From the NCBI GenBank assembly GCA_963666835.2, contig CAXXGO010000003.1, positions 160,001-224,000 of the forward strand: a stretch of DNA of 64,000 bases, given 5' to 3'. Within the stretch, counting starts at the first letter, position 1, and each line of letters starts with the position of its first letter. Positions 47,821 to 57,986 of the stretch are shown here, piece by piece. Under the pieces are notes generated by a model that was given only the letters and a program-made list of their open reading frames with translations, ran no database searches and was not told the DNA's origin. The translations under genes and the position numbers were made by a program. This stretch comes from Phycisphaerae bacterium (GTDB lineage: Bacteria; Planctomycetota; Phycisphaerae; UBA1845).

Positions 47821-49332
47821 ATGATTCGCAAGCTTCAGACATTACGCGCCAGGCTTGCGGTTCTTCTGCTGATTGTGTTCGGTGTGATCCTGAGCGGATT
47901 GAGCGCTTCGGTACTCAAACTGAGAGAACGCTATCTGCGGGAGGATTTCGACGACCGGCTGAATGATCGCGCTGAGGCCGTCATCGATACCGTTTCCGCA
48001 ACGACTGGTGACGCAGCAATGTCAGAATGGAGCGAGCCGCTCCGGAATCGCCTCAGTCGTTATCGGTTTCCAGGATACTTCATTCAAGTCCGATTGCCGG
48101 ATCACACCGTTGTCGCCCGGTCGCCGCGGCTTGAGGACAATGATCTGGTGTTGAGTTCCCAGGCAAGCACCGCCGGAGAGTCACCGCCCGTAACATACGA
48201 GACGGTTACCGGTCAGGTAGCGGGCGACCTGCTCGGTCCCGGCGGACAACTCCGTGTTCTGACACGTTACCACCGCGAACCGGGTGAGCCGGAGTTCTGC
48301 GTCCAAGTCGCTGCGGACCTCAGTCGGGTCAATCAATCTCTGAGCAACCTCCGGCGTGTGTTTCTCTTTGTTATTGCGATCGGTCTGGTCTTAACCGGCG
48401 TGGCCTCGTGGCTGATCGCGAAACGCTCCCTTGCGCCGCTGAACGCGATCACGACGATAGCGGATAAGCTGAGCGCAGACGATCTCTCGCATAGGCTCCA
48501 GCAACCCAAAGGACGGGATGAAGTTGCTGTTATGGTTGCGACGATCAACCGGATGCTCGATCGGCTCGGCAGCGCCTTCGGAGCGCAGGAGAAGTTCATT
48601 GCTGACGTGGCCCACGAGTTGAAGACGCCGCTGGCCATCCTGCTTGGCGAAGCTCAGGTGCTTTCGCAGCAGGAGCGCTCCGAGCAACAGTATGGGCGTT
48701 TCATTGCAAGCGTTCAGGACGAAGTCCGAACCTTGGCCCAGACGGTTGACAGCCTCTTGACCCTTGCGCGCGCGGAGGCGGGGCTTCCGATGGCTGGGGC
48801 CGACGACGTTTCCATTAACGAATCCGTTACCGATGCGGTTGAACGCTGCAATACGTTGGCTGAGCAGCGATCTGTCCGGGTGATACCAGTCCTTGCGGTG
48901 GCAACGGCAACTGAAGCGGAGCCGACCGTGACGGGAGACGGACCATTGTTGCGGCTTATGTTCTCGAATCTGCTGAGGAATGCGATTCGGCACTCTCCCT
49001 CGGGCGAAACGGTCAATGTTACCGTTACGCAGAACGAAGACATCAAGGTGAGTGTTCGTGACCGGGGTCCCGGGATCCCCGACGAATACCTTGACAAAGT
49101 CTTTGATCGGTTCTTCCGGGTGCCGGACCGTGCGACTACATTCCAAAGCACCGGGCTGGGCCTGACGTTGGTTCGCGGTATCGCTCGCCTGCACGGTGGG
49201 GGGGTGTCCGTGTCGAATCGCGCCGACGGGGGCTGTGAGTTCGTGGTCCGGTTGCCACCGGCCGAGCAAGAGATGACCCGGCAAGATCGAGCAGCCGTTA
49301 ACGGGAATGACACGGCGAGAACGGCGGATTAG
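47821..49332 (+). CDS. Sensor histidine kinase (CusS/CzcS-like)
   Basis: Two TM helices, HAMP, FIADVAHELKTPL, NLLRNAIRHS, DRGPGIP, GLGL. Confidence 0.92.
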   Translation: MIRKLQTLRARLAVLLLIVFGVILSGLSASVLKLRERYLREDFDDRLNDRAEAVIDTVSATTGDAAMSEWSEPLRNRLSRYRFPGYFIQVRLPDHTVVARSPRLEDNDLVLSSQASTAGESPPVTYETVTGQVAGDLLGPGGQLRVLTRYHREPGEPEFCVQVAADLSRVNQSLSNLRRVFLFVIAIGLVLTGVASWLIAKRSLAPLNAITTIADKLSADDLSHRLQQPKGRDEVAVMVATINRMLDRLGSAFGAQEKFIADVAHELKTPLAILLGEAQVLSQQERSEQQYGRFIASVQDEVRTLAQTVDSLLTLARAEAGLPMAGADDVSINESVTDAVERCNTLAEQRSVRVIPVLAVATATEAEPTVTGDGPLLRLMFSNLLRNAIRHSPSGETVNVTVTQNEDIKVSVRDRGPGIPDEYLDKVFDRFFRVPDRATTFQSTGLGLTLVRGIARLHGGGVSVSNRADGGCEFVVRLPPAEQEMTRQDRAAVNGNDTARTAD

Positions 49333-49344
49333 CGTCTGAGAGCA

Positions 49345-49383
49345 GTGATTGTCGGCAACCGCGAGAGCCGAAGAGCAATCACT
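49345..49383. terminator. Hairpin downstream of the kinase
   Basis: AGTGATTG-TCGGC...GCCGA-(AGAG)-CAATCACT. Confidence 0.4.
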
Positions 49384-49776
49384 CACTTCGGCACTCCGAA
49401 TCGCGAGAGGATCGGTCTGACGACGCTTCCGCGGATGGCGAATCCCCACACACCGTTGTCTCGCAAGACGCCGCAAGTAGCGAACGCACCGTCCGCCCGA
49501 TGCGGCTTCATGTCCACAGAAACCAGCCTGCGCGGGCAGAAAACCAGGCCATGACGCTTCTGAGTGGGTCGTCGAGTCCAGCAGTACTTTATGGGGTTGC
49601 ATTTACGAAGCGCGTCCGGTATTATGACAGCATAGTCAATACGCGAATTGGGAGGCGGCATCGCCTCTATGGTCGCGTAAGCCTGATCTTCCGGAGGACA
49701 GAGCCATGTCACGAATCGGATTCGGTCTGGCGTTGGGGTTGGTTGCGCTTTGCACGCCGACCGCGCAGGCGGAGCT

Positions 49777-50392
49777 GGGTGGCCCATGGCTTTAGCCGTG
49801 CGGGACAGACAGTCTGTTGCCGGGTGGCCCATGGCTTTAGCCGTGGGGGACAGATGATCTGCTGGGCCGTGGAGTGTCATTGTATGGGCACTGGCGTCGC
49901 GAAGTTCGGATCATCGGGTCCCCCACCTCTAAAGGGGCGGGCCACCCCCTGGGAATGTAGGCGGGTCTACGCGCGAAAGTCGCCGATGCGGCAGGAGTCT
50001 GGGCAACGGTCGCCATTGCGGCAGGTCTCGTGCCTCGACCTGCCCTACGAAGGGTGTCGCGTGGGTGTCATGGGCCAACTTGTTGGCCCGTGGCGTCGCG
50101 TGATGCCGATATGCAGGCGGGGCCGGCGATGCGCGGCCTGGTAGTCTGGCAGCGTCGGGTAGCAAGACGAGGTTGCGGCAGGTCTCGTGCCTCGACCTGC
50201 CCTACGAAGGGTGTCGCGTGGGTGTCATGGGCCAACTTGTTGGCCCGTGGCGTCGCGTGATGCCGGCCCGGTGGCCCATGGCTTCAGCGGATTGCGGTAT
50301 TAGCCCGTCAGGGCGGAAGATCTTCAAAGCCCGTGGCGTGAGCCACGGGAATGCGGGTGTTGGACGAAGGAAGCCCCGCCAGGGGCGGCACT
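49777..50392. repeat. REP/REPIN-like palindromic repeat cluster (left)
   Basis: GGGTGGCCCATGGCTTTAGCCGTG at 49777 and 49822 (partial copy near 50270), an inverted variant at 49920-49947, and an exact 93-bp direct repeat at 50016-50108 and 50173-50265. Confidence 0.8.
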
Positions 50393-50447
50393 TAGTCGGG
50401 ATGGCGTTGAGTTTCGAAGGACCACATGCCGGATGGAGGTAGTGAAG

Positions 50448-52238
50448 ATGAACACGAGCTCTCGAAGACTATGGATGTTGGTGGTCGCGGCGGCGCTGGT
50501 TGTTTCGGGTCACTCTTGGGAGGTTTGCGGTCAGGAATTGCGGTACCAGCCGGTCAGCACGACGGGGGCCGGTACGATCATCGACAATTCGGCAACGGAG
50601 GGCGTGCCGTCGGAGATCATCCTAGAGGCCCCAGGTTGCCAGGTGACTTTCGAACTGAAGGTCCGTGGCTGGGGCTTGGCGCCGGGTAGCCCGCTTCTGG
50701 GGGCGTATCAGGCCACGTCGGACAACCCGGCCTCGTACGAGAACGGGATTGGTGAGCCGCTGAGTACGTGGGATTGGCCCGCGATTGACGGTTGCTTCAT
50801 CGATTATACCCGCCCGGACTACGTGTACGCCGGGTTAACGCCCCTGACGGGGCCGTGGGATGATTGTGAGCTAGGCAGCACCTGTATGGGCGCTTTCCCG
50901 ACGGATCCCGGCACGACTTTGTACGGCGGTACGTACATCGTGGATGTGCCGATCGGGGCGAAGGGCACGTACGAAATCCAGATGATGGCGGACACGGCCA
51001 GGACGTTCATGAACGACGACATTGCGCAGCTCATCCCGGGCCTGGTCCGCACCTCGGCCTTGTTGACTGTCGTTACAGGCCGGTGCTGCTACGACACCGG
51101 CAGCGGGGGCGGTTGTGCCGACGGCGTCATAGAGACGGAGTGTGCCGCGCTGGCAGAGGGCGGCATGTATGCATTCTATACCGATGGAACCACCTGCGCG
51201 ACGCATTCGTGCGAGCCCTGCACGACCTGCAACGACTGGAACGCCTGCACGGACGACTGGTGCAACCCGGAGACGGGTTGGTGTCACTTCGATCCAACTT
51301 ACGAGGTCGGTACGGAGTGCTGCGATCCGGATAACGGCACGGTGACTCTAATAGATGACGGTATCGAGTGTACGGACGATGTCTGCGATCCGTTGACCGG
51401 AGTTGTTACGCATAACGCGCGCATGTTGGGGGCGTATTGCGATGACGGCAACCCGTGCACCGTTGACGACGAGTGCGACGGTACGGCCACGGGCGGGGCG
51501 TGCGCGGGCGGGCTCCCGGCGGACGAAATGATCGCCTGCCCCGGAGGCGACGTCGATTGCCCGGACGATTGGATATGCGAGTTGGACCCGGCGGAGATGA
51601 TGTACGGGTATTGCGTGTGCTCCTTTGAGGTCGAGGCCCCGGTGGCGGCCGGGGCGCCGGACGACGTGCCCACCAATCGCTATGTGTCTTTCGTTCCCCA
51701 GAACGCCGGTACGCCGGTGGCCTTCGAGGTTGTGCTGACTTCCAGCGAGCTGTTCCCTGATTCGGTCGGCGCGGTCGGCTGGGCCGGTGCGCCGGTAGAG
51801 ACGGAGTCCGGGGACTTCGCGTCTTCGGTAGTGAGTTATCCGGTAGTGCGGCTCTGGCCGGAGGGCGTGATCCAGCTTCGCGGCTGTATGATCGTGCCGG
51901 GCTCCGCTTACGACGTTCGGGCAACGCTCGCAGGTGCGGGGACGAGCGATTCCATTGAACTGACGTCGACGGCGATACCGGCACCGAAGTACTGGTGTGA
52001 CGTTGTGGGCTCGTTTACCGGCGGGTCGTGGTCGGCTCCGAACGGGATCGTGAGCATGGACGACGTCATGGCGGCCGTACAGGTCTTCCAGCGAAACCCG
52101 AGTGCCCCACGTTGGAGCTGGTCGGACGTCGACCCCGAGGTTCCCAACGCGGTGGTCAACATGACGGACATCATGCGAATCGGTCAAGGCTTCCGGGGGC
52201 TGGCGTATCCGTTCAGCGCCCCGGCGGATTGCCCGTAG
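50448..52238 (+). CDS. Secreted Cys-rich protein with dockerin/EF-hand-like C-terminus
   Basis: GGAGGT RBS, signal peptide, CNDWNACTDDWC / DDGIECTDDVC / CDDGNPCTVDDEC repeats, PNGIVSMDD and PNAVVNMTDI. Confidence 0.85.
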   Translation: MNTSSRRLWMLVVAAALVVSGHSWEVCGQELRYQPVSTTGAGTIIDNSATEGVPSEIILEAPGCQVTFELKVRGWGLAPGSPLLGAYQATSDNPASYENGIGEPLSTWDWPAIDGCFIDYTRPDYVYAGLTPLTGPWDDCELGSTCMGAFPTDPGTTLYGGTYIVDVPIGAKGTYEIQMMADTARTFMNDDIAQLIPGLVRTSALLTVVTGRCCYDTGSGGGCADGVIETECAALAEGGMYAFYTDGTTCATHSCEPCTTCNDWNACTDDWCNPETGWCHFDPTYEVGTECCDPDNGTVTLIDDGIECTDDVCDPLTGVVTHNARMLGAYCDDGNPCTVDDECDGTATGGACAGGLPADEMIACPGGDVDCPDDWICELDPAEMMYGYCVCSFEVEAPVAAGAPDDVPTNRYVSFVPQNAGTPVAFEVVLTSSELFPDSVGAVGWAGAPVETESGDFASSVVSYPVVRLWPEGVIQLRGCMIVPGSAYDVRATLAGAGTSDSIELTSTAIPAPKYWCDVVGSFTGGSWSAPNGIVSMDDVMAAVQVFQRNPSAPRWSWSDVDPEVPNAVVNMTDIMRIGQGFRGLAYPFSAPADCP

Positions 52239-52245
52239 GGGCAAG

Positions 52246-52495
52246 CCGGGTGGCCCATGGCTTCAGCCGTGGGGAAGAAGGACTCGACGGTGGGTGGCAT
52301 GGGCCAACTTGTTGGCCCGTGGAGTGTCATTGTATGGTCACTTGCGTCACGAAGTTCGGATCATCGGCCGGGTGGCCCATGGCTTTAGCCGTGGGGGACA
52401 GGCAATCTGTTGGTCGGTGGAGTGCCATTGTATGGACACTGACGTCTTGGAGTCCGGATCATCGGGTCCCCCACCTCTAAAGAGGCGGGCCACCC
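52246..52495. repeat. REP/REPIN-like palindromic repeat cluster (right)
   Basis: Same units at 52248 and 52370; 52368-52495 matches 49820-49947 over 128 bp (14 mismatches by eye). Confidence 0.8.
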
Positions 52496-52809
52496 GAATG
52501 GCACTGCCGTCCGGAAGGTCCGCTCTGGCTGGCACTTAGGTTTTTCGCTCCGTTGCGCGTAGGTTGTTTCTTGGTTCATGCAAGTATGGGTAGCGGTCCT
52601 TGCATCGTTTGATGGCTCTCGGCTCGGTCCTTCCGGGACGGGTTGTTTCTGACGTTCGCACAAATGCGCATAACCTACTGTAGCGCCACCCCTTGTGGGT
52701 GACGCCATTGAAGACCTGCGTGCTTACACGCCACGGACAAGCCCTGGTGCTACATTGGTCTACGGCCATATCTTCGTTTACGTGAACAATCCGGGATCGT
52801 TGGATTGGC

Positions 52810-53355
52810 TCAACGCACGAATTTGGCGATCAGTTTGCCCAACGGGGCGATACCGCGTCGGCCGGCCTTGGCTACCGAGTTAAAAAGCGTGTTCATCACG
52901 TCGCAGAACTCATAGATGTCGCGGAAACGCTTGCGATACGTGGCCACTTCCTCTGGTGCAGGGGCATCGCTGGTGGCTCGGGCATCGTCCAGCATCTCTA
53001 AGCAGCGCTCGAGCGTCTCCATAATAGGGAGGACCTCACGTCGGCGCCGTTCACGAGTTATGGTCTCGAACATCTGCCAGACGTCCGTTTCCGCTTCGAA
53101 ATACTCCTTCCGATCACCGCGTTGATGCACCCGTTGGATTAGGCCCCAGTTGACCAGCTCGCGGAGGTTCATGCTGGCGCTGCCGCGCGAGACGGCCAAG
53201 TGATCCATGATATCGTCTGTGCATAACGGTTTAGTGGCCAGGTAGAGCAGGGCGTGGATCTCCGCCATCGTCCGACTGATGCCCCAAGTTGCCCCCATCT
53301 CTCCCCAACGACGAATGAACAGGCTCCGGGCCTGCTCGATCGGCATCGGCTCCAT
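52810..53355 (-). CDS. GbsR/MarR-family transcriptional regulator
   Basis: FIRRWGEMGATWGISRTMAEIHALL, SRGSASMNLRELVNWG, GDRKEYF. Confidence 0.9.
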   Translation of the reverse strand: MEPMPIEQARSLFIRRWGEMGATWGISRTMAEIHALLYLATKPLCTDDIMDHLAVSRGSASMNLRELVNWGLIQRVHQRGDRKEYFEAETDVWQMFETITRERRRREVLPIMETLERCLEMLDDARATSDAPAPEEVATYRKRFRDIYEFCDVMNTLFNSVAKAGRRGIAPLGKLIAKFVR

Positions 53356-54474
53356 ACCGGATCTCCTTCAATGCTTTCTGAAAACAATCGTACTCTGGAG
53401 TGCGGCCACTGGCAAACGGGATAGGTGGGGCTTGGGTGTTGCAGGCTGAACGATAGGTCCATAATCATCGCCGTCGACGAGATGCCCCGTAAAGGGCTCC
53501 CGTCGACGGCGACGTCAGGAGGATGGAAGCGAGGTTCATATCTTCGCGAGCGCCGGCAGCTCAGGTTCGGTCGAGTCCGCTTGCCCCCATTCGCCAAGCG
53601 GCTACGCCAATTGCCCGGCTTGCCTGTGCCGGAACTCGCGCTGTTTTCTCCAAGAAGGCCCTGTTGTTTGTCCGGTATCGCGACAATCGCCACCGGGCCA
53701 CAACGGCCATAGTCTCAAAACGAGAGACGAGTGAGCACCACCCAACACGCAAACACTGCAGGAACGCGGCTAACGCCAAAAACCCCCAAGGCCGAAGCCA
53801 ACCGTTGTCTCCATCAACGCGGGCCAGTTGCAGTTGGTACCCTTGCCAGTGGACCCATGGTCGGTTCGCTAGTACTCCCCTACAGGATGACGCTCACTCG
53901 ACTCACCGGGGCAAAGCTGCGTCCTCAGCAATAACCCCAGCGCGCCACGCTCCTAGTTCTTCAACAAACCACATCAGCGTCAGGATCGCCCAACACTGCA
54001 TAACGCGATTCCCGCGAGAACTACCGCCGAAAACTGGGCAGAACACCGCGCAAAACGGCCTACAGCGGGAAAGCAAGTGTGAGTAGAACTGCGCAGCGGA
54101 GAAAAAACACGCAAAGCACAAAACCGAGCGCAAAAACGACTACACACCGCGGGTATGCGGAAAACAGGAGGCTTTGATGCCGGAGGCGATTGTTATGAGC
54201 AGAAGGATTGCAGAACTAGCTTAAGTATATACTCGGGTATAATTATAAGTCGAGTGTATGTATGCTATAGTATTCCGCTCACCAAAAACGCCCTGCTAAC
54301 GCTTACCTTCCCTACAAACCAACTGAAGTCTACAGGCGTTAGCCGATAAAGTCAACCATATTTCTGAGTTTTTTTCGGCCGGAGAAAACCGGATTGCACG
54401 GGGGTGAGCTGAGAGCCCCTGCGCAAGGACTACCGACCTAACGTGGCTGCGGAACCTGCGAATATCGGACAGGA

Positions 54475-54909
54475 CTACCGGCGACCACCGCTGGAGCTAG
54501 TGGAATCGTCCGTTGAACTTGAGTCGTCCGAATCGGATTGAGTGTTCGATGAATCGCTCGAATCGTCGCCCAACTGGGCCAGCCAGAGATCTTCGAAGAG
54601 CACCAGAGTCTGATTGAGCGCCTGGAACACGATCTCCAACGAATCGGCGATAGCCTGGGCGCGGATGGATGTCGGCTGAGAGGTCTCGGTAATCTGGACT
54701 CCGGCGTTGGCTGCATCAGAAAACGCTACGGCCCGGGCGACGCCCGCGGTGACGAGGTCCCCAGGGACGCGAGCCCGCACAGAGCTGCCGCTCGCATTAT
54801 CCAAGGCCGTCTGGCTGTAATCCGGGATCTGCGCGCCGGCTTGGCTTTGCCACCCAAGACCAGCTATGAGCCCCAGCAAGATGATTCGAGTTGCGTGCGT
54901 CTTCACCAT
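54475..54909 (-). CDS. Small secreted hypothetical protein with Asp/Ser-rich tail
   Basis: AGGGG RBS, signal peptide (QAGA|Q). Confidence 0.65.
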   Translation of the reverse strand: MVKTHATRIILLGLIAGLGWQSQAGAQIPDYSQTALDNASGSSVRARVPGDLVTAGVARAVAFSDAANAGVQITETSQPTSIRAQAIADSLEIVFQALNQTLVLFEDLWLAQLGDDSSDSSNTQSDSDDSSSTDDSTSSSGGRR

Positions 54910-55141
54910 GATAACACCCCTACAAATCGAGGAAGCTGCCTCTGACCCGACCGGATCCGGTACGCCGCCTCCCCAGGCGACCTTTCAATCCTTGTATATG
55001 CCTATTCTTCGGCAAATGATGCAGCACGGCAAGCGGAAAACCCGTTTAGTGCCCGGCCTTTTCGGGCGTTGAGGCGATATGCCGGTCGGCCTTGCCCAAC
55101 GAAGCTCCCCAGTGGGTATCATCTTCGACCGTCTGGTGCCG

Positions 55142-57745
55142 CTAATCGACATCGTCCGATGTGCCGTCCGGCGGCGTGTCGGAATCGGACACTGGCGGCG
55201 GCTGGACGGTGTTTACCTCGCTGTCTTGGCTCTCCTCACGGGCGACTTTGGCGACGGCGACAACCTTGTCGTTTTCGCTGAGCCGGATCAATCGAACACC
55301 TTGCGTGGCCCGCCCAATCTCGCGAACCGCCGTCAGATCGGTGCGCAGCGACATTCCGTCGGCGGTAATCAGCATCAACTCGTCGTTGGCGGTCACGGCT
55401 TGGATAGCTACTACGTCACCGTTACGTTCGGTGGTTTTGATGTTGATCACCCCTTTGGCACCGCGGCGCGTCTTGCGGTATTCCTCGATTCCGGTTCGCT
55501 TGCCGTAGCCGTTCTCGCACACGGTCAGCAATGAGGCATCCGGATCCAAGGCGACCATCGAGACCACCTCGTCGTCCCCGGTGAGCATCATGCCACGGAC
55601 TCCGCGCGCGCTACGCCCCATCGCTCGGGCATCGCTTTCGTGGAACCGGATCGCCATGCCCTTACGGGTCCCCATGACGATCTCGTTCAGGCCGGTAGTA
55701 CGTTCCACATTGATCAGCTCGTCGTCGGCATCGAGAGTAATCGCAATGATCCCGTTTGCCCGTGGCCGGCTGAACGCCGCGATAGGGGTCTTCTTGACCG
55801 TGCCCCGCGCCGTTGCGAATAGCAGATAAGACTCCTCGAACTCCTTAACCGGCAGTACCACCCGGAAGGACTCGCCGGGCTGCATCTGCAGAAGATTAGC
55901 AATCGACCGCCCCCGCGCGGTGCGGCTCTGTGCCGGAACATCGTAGACTCGTACCCAATAGACCCGGCCGCGATTGGTGAAAACCAGCAGATGGTCGTGA
56001 GTCGATACCGCGAACAGCCATTCCAGGAAGTCGCCCTCTTTCGTGGTTCCGCCCCGTACTCCTTTTCCACCGCGGCCCTGTTTGCGGTAGGAATCGACGT
56101 CGGTTCGTTTGATATAGCCACCATGGGAAATGGTCACGATGACCTGTTCATCCGGGATGAGTTCCTCGATGCAAAATTCGCCGACCGCGGCAACGATTTC
56201 GGTCCGTCGCTTCTGCGTGAATCGGCCCTTCATTTCATGGAGGTCCTCTCGAATAATATCGATTAGGAGGCGCTCTTCGCGGAGGATCGCCTCGTATCCC
56301 TCGATTTCCTCAACGAGCTTGCTGTACTCGCCGGCCAGTTTCTCTATTTCAAGGCCGGTGAGACGCTGAAGCTGCATGGCTAGGATGGCGCCGGCTTGCA
56401 CCGCGGTCAGGTGATGATCGCGCGACGAAGACGACTCGACAAACCGCTCGGGGAGCAGGCCACGCAGGGTGGCGTGCTCCATCAGCCGCAATGGCCGCTC
56501 CATCAGCCACGTCTTGGCGGTAGCCGGATCCGGAGCCTTCTTAATCAGTTCAATAATGGCATCAATATCTCCGACGGCCAGAATCAGGCCTTCGAGAACG
56601 TGGGCGCGCTGTTTGGCCCGACGCAGCAGATACGAAGTCCGGCGACGAATGACATCCTTGCGATGGTCGATGTAGCAACCCAGCATCTGCTTGAGCGTCA
56701 GGGTGCGAGGCTGGCGATCAACCAGAGCAATATTGATAATGTGGTAGTTCGTTTGCAGAGGGGTGTACTTAAAGAGTTGATTGATAACAACATCCTCGTT
56801 CGCGTCCTTCCGCAGATCAACCTCGATACGAACGGCGTGCTTGCGGTCGGAGGCGTCGTTGACGCCGGCAACGTCCTTGATCAGTCCGGACTTAACGCCA
56901 TCGGCGATCTTCTCGGTTATGGTGCTCCGCAGCACCCCGTAGGGCAGCTCGTCGATTACGATGGTCTTTCTTCCGCCCCGCCCCTCTTCAACATGGCAGC
57001 GCCCGCGAAGGGTGATGCCACCCCGACCCGTGCTGTACGCATCGTGTATCCCGGTCCGGCCGCAGATCTGCCCGCCGGTGGGGAAGTCCGGCCCCGGCAT
57101 TACCTGCATGAGTTCCGCGAGAGAGACGTTCGGGTTATCCAGGCATGCCAACAAGGCATCGCATACCTCGCCGACGTTGTGCGGGGGGGAGTTCGTGGCC
57201 ATTCCGACCGCGATTCCCGTGGTGCCGTTTACCAACAGGTTCGGGAACTTCCCGGGGAGGACCGTCGGCTCTTCCCGGGAGTTGTCGTAGTTGGGCACGA
57301 AATCCACCGTGTCCAGGTCAATATCGCTCAACAGCTCGGTGGCGGCATGCGTCATTCGGGCTTCGGTGTATCGCATAGCCGCGGGGGGATCGCCGTCGAC
57401 GGAGCCGAAGTTGCCCTGACCGTCGACGAGCGGCTGGCTGAGGTTCCAGTCCTGTGCCATGCGCACCAACGTCGGGTAGATCACCGCGTCGCCGTGCGGG
57501 TGGTAGTTACCGCTGGTATCACCGCTGATCTTTGAGCATTTCTTGGTTTGGGCACGCGGGCCCAAGTTGAGGTCATTCATCGCCACCAGGATGCGACGCT
57601 GTGACGGTTTGAGCCCGTCACGAACGTCCGGGAGGGCGCGCGCCATTATTACGCTCATCGAATACGTGAGGTAAGAATCCTGCATCTCGTGGATGAGCGG
57701 ATGGTCGACGATCTTGTCAGACGACGTTGGAGCTGATTCAGACAT
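55142..57745 (-). CDS. gyrA: DNA gyrase subunit A
   Basis: [27 protein letters not shown] (catalytic Tyr), GyrA box QGRGGKG. Confidence 0.97.
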   Translation of the reverse strand: MSESAPTSSDKIVDHPLIHEMQDSYLTYSMSVIMARALPDVRDGLKPSQRRILVAMNDLNLGPRAQTKKCSKISGDTSGNYHPHGDAVIYPTLVRMAQDWNLSQPLVDGQGNFGSVDGDPPAAMRYTEARMTHAATELLSDIDLDTVDFVPNYDNSREEPTVLPGKFPNLLVNGTTGIAVGMATNSPPHNVGEVCDALLACLDNPNVSLAELMQVMPGPDFPTGGQICGRTGIHDAYSTGRGGITLRGRCHVEEGRGGRKTIVIDELPYGVLRSTITEKIADGVKSGLIKDVAGVNDASDRKHAVRIEVDLRKDANEDVVINQLFKYTPLQTNYHIINIALVDRQPRTLTLKQMLGCYIDHRKDVIRRRTSYLLRRAKQRAHVLEGLILAVGDIDAIIELIKKAPDPATAKTWLMERPLRLMEHATLRGLLPERFVESSSSRDHHLTAVQAGAILAMQLQRLTGLEIEKLAGEYSKLVEEIEGYEAILREERLLIDIIREDLHEMKGRFTQKRRTEIVAAVGEFCIEELIPDEQVIVTISHGGYIKRTDVDSYRKQGRGGKGVRGGTTKEGDFLEWLFAVSTHDHLLVFTNRGRVYWVRVYDVPAQSRTARGRSIANLLQMQPGESFRVVLPVKEFEESYLLFATARGTVKKTPIAAFSRPRANGIIAITLDADDELINVERTTGLNEIVMGTRKGMAIRFHESDARAMGRSARGVRGMMLTGDDEVVSMVALDPDASLLTVCENGYGKRTGIEEYRKTRRGAKGVINIKTTERNGDVVAIQAVTANDELMLITADGMSLRTDLTAVREIGRATQGVRLIRLSENDKVVAVAKVAREESQDSEVNTVQPPPVSDSDTPPDGTSDDVD

Positions 57746-57986
57746 AAACCCTACTCTCTGGGAAAAAGTCCGGCAGGCCGGGGGAGCTAGTCACCACCTG
57801 CTATTGTACGCATCGTGCCGGACTCGACAACGGATCGCGGGTGCGGATCGAGCTTTGCTGCCCCTGGGCAACGGGGCTTCTGACGGTACGATGTATGTTC
57901 CGGGCTGGGCGATTCGACCGTCGCGGGTGGTACCAGACTGTTGAACGGCCGGCGGTCACTGTCGTAGTGTATCGGGAGCATCATCT

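Noticed and set aside
49383..50442. Short ORFs within the repeat cluster
   Set aside because: Their repeated peptides are translations of the DNA repeats; no RBS or domain evidence.
49777..52495. CRISPR array or integron attC array
   Set aside because: Units are irregularly spaced, mixed in type and partly inverted, spacers are themselves repeated, and there is no cas or integrase gene in the window.
54220..54380. oriC or dif site near gyrA
   Set aside because: No DnaA boxes seen, and the palindrome lacks the 11-6-11 XerC/XerD layout.
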